From Sphaerodactylus townsendi (taxonomy: Eukaryota), in contig NC_059439.1 in NCBI RefSeq assembly GCF_021028975.2, positions 21,762,001 through 21,826,000 on the forward strand: 64,000 bases of DNA. The letters run 5' to 3'. The notes beneath the pieces are model-generated. The model was not told where the DNA came from. It did not search any database and saw only the letters and a list, made by a program, of their open reading frames with translations. A program made the position numbers and the translations under genes. Within the stretch, counting starts at the first letter, position 1; every line of letters begins with the position of its first letter. Positions 50,301 through 60,700 of this stretch are shown here, piece by piece.

Positions 50301-52573
50301 GGACAACATGTCCAGAGAACCACCAGTCACAAAACAAGCAGAACTAAGTAGTTCTTCTCCTAAAATACATCCCGGCTCTGCAATTTGGGTGGCAGAATCG
50401 GAGAGAGAAATTGAACCAACCAGCTTTTCAGGAATAGAATTTCATCCAGTCACACAAGACCTCAACAGCGCAACGGAGACGGTGACGCAGGTCCACTGGA
50501 ATGACATCCCTGGGGTGCCAGTCACACAGGAACCCGCCAAGCCCTCCACTGAAACTCCACCAGCCTCCACCATGGGGGTCTGGGAATCTGAGAGAGAAAT
50601 GGAGTTAGCCATTCATGGAGGAATGGAATCATTCTCATACTCAGAGAACTTGAAGGCTACTAGTGAGATGGAAACGCCAACAGCCACACAGAATGCACAA
50701 CACATGAACAACAGGGAAAACATCAGTCTTGAAGCCCCAGACTCCTCAAATTCCAAAGCTGATGCAGATCCAGAGCAAAAAGAGAGCATGGATAAAGATC
50801 CTCACACTGTGAGGTCCATTGGTGAGGAAATCCATTGAGTTTAGGATTTTGTGAGCTCCTGGGGAAGAAACCTTTGGTGGGGGCCCTCGACAGTAGAGCC
50901 GGTGGGAGCTGTTGTTGCTCCTGTTCCTTCTACTTAAGTATGGGAAGATGCAGCCAAGGAGGGAGAGAATGAAGAGCAACAACAGATACTCACTCTCTAT
51001 TTTGTCTATCTTCTCCCTTGAGAAATAGAGGAGGCGGAGGTTGGATTTTACACCCCACCTCTCTCCTGTAAGGAGACTCAAGGTGGCTTAAACTCCTTTC
51101 TGTTCCTCTCTCCACAACAGACACCTTGTGAGGTGGATGGGGCCAAGAGAGTTCTGAAGAACTGTGACTAGCCCAAGGTCACCCAGCAGGAATGTAGGAG
51201 TGGGGAAACAAATCCACTTCACCGGATAAGTCTGCCACTCATGTGGAGGAGTAGGAAATCAAACCCAGTTCTCCAGATTAGAGTCTACCTGCTCTTAACC
51301 ACTATACCATGCTGGTGTAGAGAGAGAGATGGGAGGCAGAGAAGTATGTGAGTTGGCTGGTGGAGGCATAGGATTACCAGCTCCGAGTGATTGCTTCTAT
51401 ATATTTGTTTCTATGTATTTGTTTACAAAATGTATACAGTTGCTCTTCGCCAGTTGAGACCTGATACAGACCTTTTTGGATCATGGGGAGCCTTTGGGCC
51501 AGATTAAAATTATGCATGGTGTTTAAACCATAAGCTATTCCAAAAGCACTACAGAAGATTTCTGAGGAAGTGTGTACTACACAAAATGAGCCTGCACCGA
51601 ATAGCTCATAAAACTTCCCTCTGTTAAGCTTCTGCGACGATGTAATCTTGAGCGCCTGTTGATAATAAGTTTCAAGTCATAGTGGACTATAAACCTTGTA
51701 AGATATACTTTTAAAAGCTCACTTTGCTTAAACACTGCTCTTGTGGCTTTATCCCAGCTCGCTTGTTTGTAACTGGGATAATCTGTATCAATATTGTAAA
51801 CAAATATATAGAAATAATCACCTTAGCCATCACTGTTCCAGGTCTTAACTTGAAGGTGGTGCCAAAAAGACTTCCAGAATGGAACTCGCTGTCTCTTTTG
51901 TCCAAACCCCTGCTTGGCCTATCTGTTCCCACAGATGAGTTTCCCCATTTGATATTTCTTATTACAGTGTGTTCTTTAGCCATACCCAAAGCCAGCCTCA
52001 GTTTGGTCCTGTAGGTTTTTGGGCAATACAGCTGTGGAGCTTTTGCCGATTTGTTTGCATCATACTAATCTTTCTTAATGAAGCTATTCCTTTGGGACTG
52101 CTGTGTGTTTAAGATCAGAGGCCACAATTTGGTCATCCTCTCTGTGCTATTTTTTTTTGTCTCCTGCAGATACTATCTCCACAACAGGTCAGACCAAGGC
52201 ACCGGGGACAAGTGAACCATCTGCTGATCTGGTCACCCTCACGGCTCAGCTCAATGAAACACCTCCTGGCTGCCCTGTTAGGCAGGAGTTGAGGAAAGAG
52301 GTTCGAGACTGCTGCTGTTCACCAGATTCCATGGAGAATATGGCCCACGCGATGGATGGTCTTCGTGGGGACCTGGGCTCCCTCTCCACAGCCATCCGGC
52401 AACAAGGCTCTCAGCTGGAGGCTGTGGCCCAAAGTCTGGCTCATCTGGCAACTTCTGTACACCAGTTGATAGCAGTACTGCCTGCCCTGATGAAGCCAGC
52501 TCCAACACCACCCTCTCCAGCTCCCTGTATGCAGGATAAGGGTGAGATACAAAACCAGCTGCCCTTAAAATGA
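40695..52573 (+). CDS. SSC5D: Soluble scavenger receptor cysteine-rich protein SSC5D-like, ~918 aa; exons 40695-40719, 41951-41977, 43281-43595, 44650-44757, 46213-46530, 46707-46910, 48037-48351, 49781-50821, 52170-52573
   Basis: All introns phase 1 and GT-AG; total 2757 nt in frame; split signal peptide [17 protein letters not shown]; three 8-Cys group-B SRCR exons; P/S/T/E-rich exon; C-terminal coiled coil; no TM helix; syntenic after NAT14. Confidence 0.85.
41190..41735. mobile_element. Interspersed repeat cluster (GGGTTGCCA...TGGCAACCCT-ended family)
   Basis: Shared core gatcagttcccctggagaaaatggct also near 12230, 33420, 44930 and 59890. Confidence 0.55.
43281..43595 (+). CDS. SSC5D: SSC5D-like SRCR domain 1 exon
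   Basis: [43 protein letters not shown]. Confidence 0.92.
43992..44280. other. Assembly gap (N) in SSC5D intron 3
   Basis: Run of 289 N. Confidence 0.99.
44313..44373. repeat. (AAT)n microsatellite
   Basis: ~20 perfect units. Confidence 0.97.
45176..45322. mobile_element. hAT palindromic MITE
   Basis: ggcgaacctttggcac...gtgccaaaggttcgcc; TSD ccatagaa/gcatagaa. Confidence 0.8.
46213..46530 (+). CDS. SSC5D: SSC5D-like SRCR domain 2 exon
   Basis: [47 protein letters not shown]. Confidence 0.92.
48037..48351 (+). CDS. SSC5D: SSC5D-like SRCR domain 3 exon
   Basis: [49 protein letters not shown]. Confidence 0.92.
48830..49092. mobile_element. Older Penelope-like fragment with inverted segment
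   Basis: Diverged cctctgaagatg...aaatgttagga in both orientations. Confidence 0.7.
49327..49617 (-). mobile_element. Squam3-like SINE
   Basis: gaagaagaagagtttggatttatac tail; reverse tRNA head. Confidence 0.8.
49781..50821 (+). CDS. SSC5D: SSC5D-like mucin-like / acidic repeat exon
   Basis: 1041-nt open exon; ttttccAG acceptor; G|GTGAGG donor; P/S/T/E-rich. Confidence 0.8.
51028..51316 (-). mobile_element. Squam3-like SINE
   Basis: Same family sequence in reverse orientation. Confidence 0.8.
52170..52573 (+). CDS. SSC5D: SSC5D-like terminal exon (Cys cluster + coiled coil)
   Basis: ctgcAG acceptor; heptads [43 protein letters not shown]; TGA ending 52573; AATAAA at 52851. Confidence 0.8.
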
Positions 52574-53407
52574 TACAGCACTTCCTGTATGTCAAGGAAG
52601 TTGCTCCTCATACCATACCGACTGTGGATCCTCTATCTCCTTTCAGCTAGCACTCCTATTTATCCACCATGGAGACCTGATTCTTCTTTGCCTGCTAGAG
52701 GAACCTACCCTATACTGGCATGACAAAGTCATAAAACTATGACCTGGAAAAATCTGTTTTCTTCTTTTTTATTTTATCATATCTGGCCTGATAATGAGTT
52801 CTGGTGACTTTGAAAACTTGCACACTGTTGTGTGTCATTGAGTTGGTCTAAATAAAAAAAAGTATTACATGATTGCATTCTGTGTGTTTTGGCTTTGGCT
52901 TCTGGGCCGACAGAGCTGAAAATGCTTTGTTCCCTGTGGAGGCAGTCTTCTTTTGCAGAGCGTGTTTCTCTTGTGCCAGTCTCTTTTCAGAACCACAAAA
53001 GTCTTTGGTTACGTATTAATGGAAATGCCTAACACCAGCAGAAACGCAAACGGATAAAAGAAATAGGACCCAAGCCATAAATTCAGAAGGACCCAAGCCC
53101 TAGGTAATCAACAATAACCCAGGTATTTCCCAACCCAGAGCTGGCAATCCAAAGAATAATAATACTACCGACAAAGCAAATGTGTATTTGTGTGTGTGCA
53201 CACCATCAAATCACAGCTGACTTATGGTGACCCTGCAGGATTTCCTTGGCAAGAGATGTTTGAAGTACTTTGCCATCAGGGAGTTCTGAAAGAACTGTGA
53301 CTGGCCTGTGAAGGAGTGGAGAATCAAACCCAGTTCTCCAGATCAGAATCCACTGGTCTTAACCGCTAAACCACGCTGACTCCTACAGAGCAAACAGTGC
53401 TAGATAA

Positions 53408-53615
53408 TGTATTGTCGAAGGCTTTCACGGCCGGATTCAACTGGTTCTGGTGGGTTTTCCGGGCTGTGTGGCCGTGGTCTGGTGGATTTTGTTCCTAACA
53501 TTTCAGACTTTTCTCTGTGATACTCCTCTGAAGATGCCAGCCACAGGTGCAGGCGAAACGTTAGGAACAAAATCCACCAGACCACGTCCTCACAGCCCGG
53601 AAAACCCACCAGAAC
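53408..53615. mobile_element. Penelope-like insertion with inverted segment
   Basis: 13-bp TSD CAGTGCTAGATAA at 53395-53407 and 53616-53628. Confidence 0.85.
53525..53565 (+). ncRNA. Minimal type I hammerhead ribozyme motif (Penelope-associated)
   Basis: CCT-CTGAAGA-tGCCagc..gcaGGC-GAAA-CGTT-AGG. Confidence 0.65.
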
Positions 53616-55428
53616 CAGTGCTAGATAACTCACCCAAGTCATTTACTATCAGGGAATGTAAGCTTCCCTCTCCAAATGGGGAAATAAATCAGTAGCTGCT
53701 GAGGAACAACTGCTCAATCCTTGCACAGAAATCCTACCTAACTGATTCTGGAATTTCAAGGAATTGAACATGGAATATTAGCCACATGCAATGTCCTTTT
53801 GGGGTTTTCAAAAACTGGTAGGTATGGATCCACTGGAAAGGTTGATAGCGCTCAATTAAACCCTGTCCAGGTTGCTTCATGGTCAGGAAACCAATTTCCC
53901 CAACTGGCCGCAAGGTGGCACCCAGACATAATGGACACACACAACCGAAGCAGTGTCGCCAAACTAATCCCCCCACAGTCAAAAAAAGAGAGATCCTTTT
54001 CCCGCAACCTCTGTGATCAATTAAACCTATCCTTAACAGGATTAACAACAACAGTGTAACTCATTTTCCTATTTTATACTTTTTATATGCCATTAAAGGT
54101 TTTGTATTTGTATTTGTACTCATTTTCCTCATAATGTAGGGCATACTGCCACATATCTTTACCTTTTCCAAAATCTGAACCAATGTAGAGTTTTTTCTTT
54201 GGCCAGATTCAATGTAAGCCATCTGAAATTTTCCATGGAAGATTTAAAAATGTAGCATATTCAGATAGGTATTGTCTTTGTAAGACAGACTTCATGCTTT
54301 GTTTTATTGTCCCTTTTCTCTGGAAATCCAAACACAGTATTTAAGCCCTGTTCTAGTAAATAGGACAGGAATTTCAGATTCTGCAAAGTGGTTCCTTCTC
54401 TTGAATAATTCCAATCTTGAAATAAGCGAGAAAATAGCAAAGTTTTTACAAGATGCTGTAAAGACTAGGAGATAAATTGGTTTTTTTTAATTTTTATTCT
54501 ATCTGCCATTTGTAATTATGGCTTACCCTTAATTTTGTTTATAGTTCAATTATAACTATTTGGTATGTTTTATATGCCAATAAAGGTTTTCTGTCTGTAA
54601 GACATCACTGAAGGATGATTTTTAGCTGAGAAAATGTCATACATTTTACTAGTATCTGAATCCTTGTTTGCCAAGAGTTGATCATAATAAAAGAGAAATT
54701 AGTATGAGAGATGCCATTCACCTTGATGATGAGAATAGATGCAATTATGAAAATCAAATCATGCACAGGGTTATTCTAGTCTCCGCCTGTGTATTGAGAC
54801 TGAGCTATGTAAGATTGCACTGACAGTCCATTAAAATTAGCTCAATTTTTTACTATGACCTCAGTGGAAATGAAGATTGAATCATGATAAAGTGGATTCA
54901 AAGGCTCACTTTGAACTTGGATTTGCCAAAGATGCACACTAATTTCATTTTTGGAATGGTGTTGGAGTTTATATGCTCCTAGGGTTGGGGAACTGTTCCT
55001 TTCCATGAAGCACCATGTGCATTAATGGAGCTACGAAAACAGTCAAGAACAGCAATTTCAGTAGGTGATGAGTGCTGGTATAGATAGTTTTAAAAATAGA
55101 TCGGCAGAATTCAAGGCTGATAGCTGGAGTGTCCCCATCCAGAGGCAGTGGGGTAGACTACAGCCCCGTCCAATCACTCCACTGAGTAAAGTTTATTTGT
55201 TTAAATATTTATACCTTATCTTTTGTTTTGATTCAAGTTGGTAGCCTTTCTAGAGTCAGTTCCTCTATTCAAGAGATTACCCTCGAAGGCAACCTCTTTG
55301 CTGAGAGTGTGGGTTGCACTATCTTAGAATGAAAACAGCCACAAACATCCTTTTTGGAGTTTCGTTCAAGAAGTTGCATTTTCAGTTCAAAGTTCATAAT
55401 TTTTGCATTCCGTGGCAAGCCTGCCTTA

Positions 55429-55520
55429 GAACATAAGAACATAAGAACAAGCCAGCTGGATCAGACCAAAGTCCATCTAGTCCAGCTCTCTGCTACTCGC
55501 AGTGGCCCACCAGGTGCCTT
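55429..55520 (-). mobile_element. CR1 LINE 3' end
   Basis: (ATAAGAAC)n octamer tail + ggatcagaccaaagtccatctagtccagc. Confidence 0.75.
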
Positions 55521-56649
55521 GAACACTTCGTAAACTTGAATGCTTCTGTTTCCACTTGGAGGTCACAATTCTTAAATACTGTTGTAAGACAGGAGCAATA
55601 AAACGGAACCCCATGGCTTCTGGAGGTCCTGAGGATAAAGTTCAGCAATTTTTGGCAAGCTCCAGAAATAAAAATGTTGACTATGATTTTTTAAAAAACA
55701 AGGTAGAGAGAGAGGCAGAGAGAGAGAGAGACTTGTCTGTTTTCATACATTTATTCTGCTATATAGTCATTCTTCTTGTTTTCAGTTCTGATTGCAATCC
55801 TAAACAGAGTTATACCTTTCTAAATGCTTTGAAGTCGGTGGACAGTAGAATGCTGTGTAGGATTGCACCATGAAATGTCTTTAACCTTTATTCTTGTCTT
55901 TTGGCAGATATTTTTTAAAGATTCAGTTACTTTATACAGTTCAGTCTGGATTAATATAATGTTTTTTCTCTATGTAACAAAATAAAATTATCAACTTTTT
56001 AAAAAATTGAAATTTATATTACATATAGCATATGTAACAAAGCTAGTGTTATCATCACCAATCTAGGAATCATCCCCCCACCCCCCAAAAAAGAATCCAA
56101 ACCAATCAAACTAAAGATAATTCTTCTGGCCTTCTATTCTCCCAGAATGACATTAACAGTACATAAAGGGAAACCATAGCTCAATATATTTCTCATTCAC
56201 TCTAAATTTCCCTTCTGCCACAGATTTAATGCATCTGAATATATTCATTAACATAGTATTTTAGACTCTATAAATTCAGATGTCTACAGTAGGTAAACGA
56301 GACTGCTTCCAGTAACTTGTTAATACAATTTAAGCCAAAATCAGTAAACTATCAACCAAAATTCCTGTGTTACGATCTTACTTTTCCCCAAATTACCTCA
56401 GTGTCAATAGAAGTCTATCGATCTTTCTAGCTACTATATACAGATATATAGATACATGCATTTTCTCGTCTAGTTAAGATCCACTTAATGCATTTGGCAA
56501 GGAGTAGGGCCCGTGAAAAGTTTGTGCTAGAATCTGTCTCTCTCTTTCTGTGTGTGCACACCTGCAACAGATTTGAAGGAATGATGTAAAGCGGAACTGT
56601 GGGTCAGGATAGCTCGTGGGGTCTGAACACATCCCACTGACCCCTCACT

Positions 56650-56890
56650 GAGGACTCAGCCAGCTGCATTATATTTAGCACAGTGATTAGAGAATGAGAG
56701 GCGTGTCGGGTGCAGCTGCTGCCCAGGGGTGGGGTGGGGGGAGAAGAGAGGTGCTAATTCGCTCAGACATGGGTTGGGAGTGGTAGCCCAGGTGCCTCCA
56801 GAGGTCCTGATAAGGGCAGAGATGCTGTTCCAATGCGCTGGAGTCCCCACTGGGGCCTCACACCTGACCCTGTTATGCAATGACTCACTA
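56650..56890. promoter_or_regulatory. Candidate cardiac/skeletal muscle enhancer
   Basis: CAGCTG 56661 and 56713; MEF2 TTATATTTAG 56669-56678; TGATAA 56808; TTATGCAAT 56873; TGACTCA 56881. Confidence 0.4.
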
Positions 56891-57469
56891 GCAACTAATC
56901 CCACCACCTGTCTCAGCCTTGAGGGGACCAGAGGCGCATGTTGCGGCACAACAGCTCATAACATTACACAGTGCAAGGGCATGTGTGGCGCCGCTGCCGC
57001 CGGGGAATCGGCCATGTTCTTCCGAAGGCCTCTTCTTCAGTTCTCTCCCTCTTGCGAATGTATCACGCCTCTCCTGAAGTAGGCAATCAGAGAAGAAGAA
57101 GAAGAAGAAGAGAAGAGTTTGTATTTATACCCCACCTTTCTCAACTATCAGGAGTCTCAAAGTGGCCTACAATCACCTTCCTGGTAAGCTTCAAACATGA
57201 CTCCCGATGTCAAGGAACAAACAGACTTGCTCCTGGATTTGAAGTTTCTATACAACACGGTCGTAAATATGCAGGGGTCTCTGGGACAACACAGAGCTAC
57301 TACCTTTTTAATAAAAAGAATGGGTCTGGGACTCAAGTCTGTATAGCAGCCTTCTTCTTCAATCCCAGTCATGGTTTTAATTAACTTGGCTCATTTATAT
57401 CCTGCTTTTCCCTCCAACGTGAGGCAGGAAGGTTGTTATTATTAGGAAGGTTATTATTATTAGGTAGGA

Positions 57470-57760
57470 AGAAGCAGAAGAGGAATAGTTTGGATTTGTA
57501 CCTTACTTTTCTCAACCATAAGCAATCTGAAAGTGACTTACAGATTTCTTCTCTTCCCACAATAGGTACCTTGTGAGGTAGCTGGGACTGAGAGAGTTGT
57601 TGCGAGAACTGTGACTAGCCCAAGGTCACCCAGCAGACTTCACATGGAGGAGCGGGGAAACAAATCCGGTTCGCCAGATGGGAGTCTGCTGCTCATGTGG
57701 CGGAGCGGGGAATCAAACCCAGTTCCCCTGATTAGAGTCCACCATTCTTTACTACACCAC
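57470..57760 (-). mobile_element. Squam3-like SINE
   Basis: Family sequence in reverse orientation. Confidence 0.75.
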
Positions 57761-59049
57761 CTGTCCCCCTTAGTTAACTAAGGCACCAGGATTTTACATT
57801 GTAATTTTTATTGCAAGTTGCCTTGAGACTTCCTTGTGGGAAAGGGTGATCTTAAAGTCTACTAAATGAACTGGGTGAGATTGAGTGAAAAATCTAGCTG
57901 GATCCAACCCATAAGCTATGCCATTTGCCTTCGCCAACTCCATTTCAGCACCCCCCCCCCACCGCTTCACCATTTTATCTTCTCCCAATGGTTCGTCCTG
58001 AAACCCCTCTGCTTTGTTCTCTGAGATGGCTCCCCTTCTTCCCCTTCCTCAGTTCCTTTCTAGGCTGGATCCACACATTGTTGAATTTCCTATCATAGTA
58101 ATTATTCACTCCCTGCAGTTTCCTATCTATCCCTGTCACTAATTTCGTCATTACTGACCTCTCATATCGCCGCTGTAGACTGTCAAACCAGATGACAGGC
58201 CCTAGTGCGCCTTTCCAAAGAACCTGTTATTAAGCCCTGAACTTAAGTAGGTGAAGAAATAATCAAGAGAACATCTCCGAACTTCATGAAAAGCCCATAG
58301 AAACGTAATGAAAAGTCCACAGGAGCTTAATGAACAGGGCTGTTTCTATGCTTTGCCTTTTAAAAAGAGGAGGGCTTCCAAAACAGAATATACGTTTTTC
58401 AGCTCTAGTGCCTCTCATTTTAGAAATCCAAGCTCTGTTGGGGAGTATACATGGCGGTTGCTAAGCAATTCTCAAGTGCTTCCTTCGTCAAGGACACAGG
58501 CATAGTACCTTTCTGGGGCCAATAATGTGCTAACGGCACCTCCTGTGAGCCACATCCAGGACCAATCCTACCAGCTCTAATTGAACACACTCAAAGGCCA
58601 TGCTCCAGTATTACATTGGAATGAGGTACAAGGTGGGAACTGATACACAGTGTGAGCAAACAAGAATCCCAGCGAAACAGCTACAGCTGGAGGTTATAAA
58701 CGTCTTGCCTGCTCTGCCGTCCCCAAAGCTATTGCCTGTGCAAGCAGCTGCTTGGGCCTACTCCTGGTGTGCCATGGAACGTCCTTCTGTCAACAGGCTT
58801 TCACTTGGCGTGGCCACACAGGGGGCTATTTACAGCCCAACGCTTTTATTTTTAGCCTCCTACCACTCCGGCGGTGTTGCTTTGCGCTGCCCCTTGACCG
58901 TTTCATTCTTTCTCACAGCTCCTGCTGCTATCTCCTCCATAAGGGGGCAGGGTCACCATCACACATGGTTCCGTGCAGGCAACTAGGGCCTTACAAGGCG
59001 AAACATGTCTATACTGCAAAGCCCAGAGAGAACAGCCAGCCAGCGAAAT

Positions 59050-59580
59050 TGCCGCGACACTTACTTGGGTAACCAGCCATCCTCAGTTTAGGGACCTGAA
59101 GTCAGCCCACGTGGGTCGCAAGGAATAGGCGAGACGCAGTGATATCAGGATCCGGTGGAGAGAAGCCAGCGGCTAATCTGCCGAGCTAGCGGTCCCTGGC
59201 ACCTTTTATTAGGGTTTACGGGTGGTGGGTTCGGAGGCGGGAGAGCGGGAGAATCCTGGGCGATACATGTGTCATAGGGGCTGCGTACGTGCGGGAGGAA
59301 GCGTTCCTGTGTGGGCCTAATCCATACCTGGGGGTATGCACCTTTTGTCCCTTTGTCCAGGGCAACCCATGACCGTGAGTCATGGGGGTCTTGTGACAGG
59401 GGAGCTCACCTGCCCAGAGGGCAACAGTGCTCTGTCTGAAGCTCTGCTGGGTAAGGCTGGCTCACCCCAACAGGGACCAACAGGAACCAACCATTAACAT
59501 CAGGGATTAAGGCCTTAACCAGATGATGATGAGGGACTGTTGTGTTTGTGGAGCCTGCAAGGACCTATTGTCCCCCATCA
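59050..59580 (-). mobile_element. Possible ERV solo LTR
   Basis: TG...CA termini on the minus strand, CpG-rich, minus-strand AATAAAAG near 59205; no matching TSD. Confidence 0.35.
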
Positions 59581-60369
59581 CAACTGATAGTCAAAGGATC
59601 TTTCTTTTTCTTATTTTACAGTCACACTATTCAGAGACATAGACTGCCAGGCTTCAACGTGCTGCAAAATGCCACTTTGTTTCCCACCCCCCGTAACTGA
59701 TTTATTGCAGCATAAAACTTTGGTAAACATACCACTGATGCTACACTGGGCAAAATTTTAAGAGTAAGCTGACTCATAGTCCCACCTAGACCAAATCCAG
59801 GTTTTCCTCCATACCCCTAAATATTAAGCTTACTTTTGTCCTTCTAATTTTCCTGGAAGAGAACCCAGAAGTCTTAGTCAACTAGGTCACCACTCTCCAG
59901 GTGGCATCTGGAGATCTTCCCCTATTATAATTGATCTCCAAATGACCAAGATCAGTTCCCCTGGAGAAAATGGCTGTTTTGGGGGATGGATTCTATGGTC
60001 TGAGGTCCTGCCCTTCTTCAAACCCCGCTTTCCCCAGGTTCCACCCACAAATCTCCAGTTGTAATCTGCATATCTACTGGATAAATTGGCACATCCCTTA
60101 CTTCTCTTTCCCCAAAATTTAGGCGTGGTCAAGTGGATCGTGAAATAAGGTTAAGAAAATCTAGGTTCATGCCTCACTCTTAACTATGAGTAGCCATATT
60201 TCGGGACCAGATTCTCTTTCTTAGTTTCCCATCTGTAAAATGGAAATAAGAGTGGCTGTATGAGTTGTTGTGTGGACACACAGCCACTTATCTGTGGAAC
60301 TCATTCATTCAGTGTATTTTAATGTCATATTTTATGCATTTATTCTTCCTACATTGTACTGTGAGGAAA

Positions 60370-60700
60370 TGCTTTTTTATGCAGTGTGTGAATAAAAAGT
60401 GGCATTCATTGCCAGAGATGTAGTGATGGCCACAGTTATAGATGGCTTTAAAACAGGGTTTGGCAGATTCATGGAGATCCATGCAGATTTGTGGTTCATC
60501 AGTGGCAGCCATAGTGACTGAAGGGAACCTCCGTGTCCAGTAAACCTCTGAATATCAGTGCCAGGAGGCAACCATCAGGGGAAAGCTTCATCCTCTCTGC
60601 CCAGTTGTTGGACCTCCAGAGGAACTGGTTGGCCATTGTGTGATACAAGATGCTGGACTAGATGGACCACTGGTCTGATATAGCAGGTCTCTTCTTACGT
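60370..60700 (+). mobile_element. CR1 LINE 3' fragment
   Basis: ggctttaaaacagggtttggcagattcatggag...gatgctggactagatggaccactggtctga. Confidence 0.75.
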
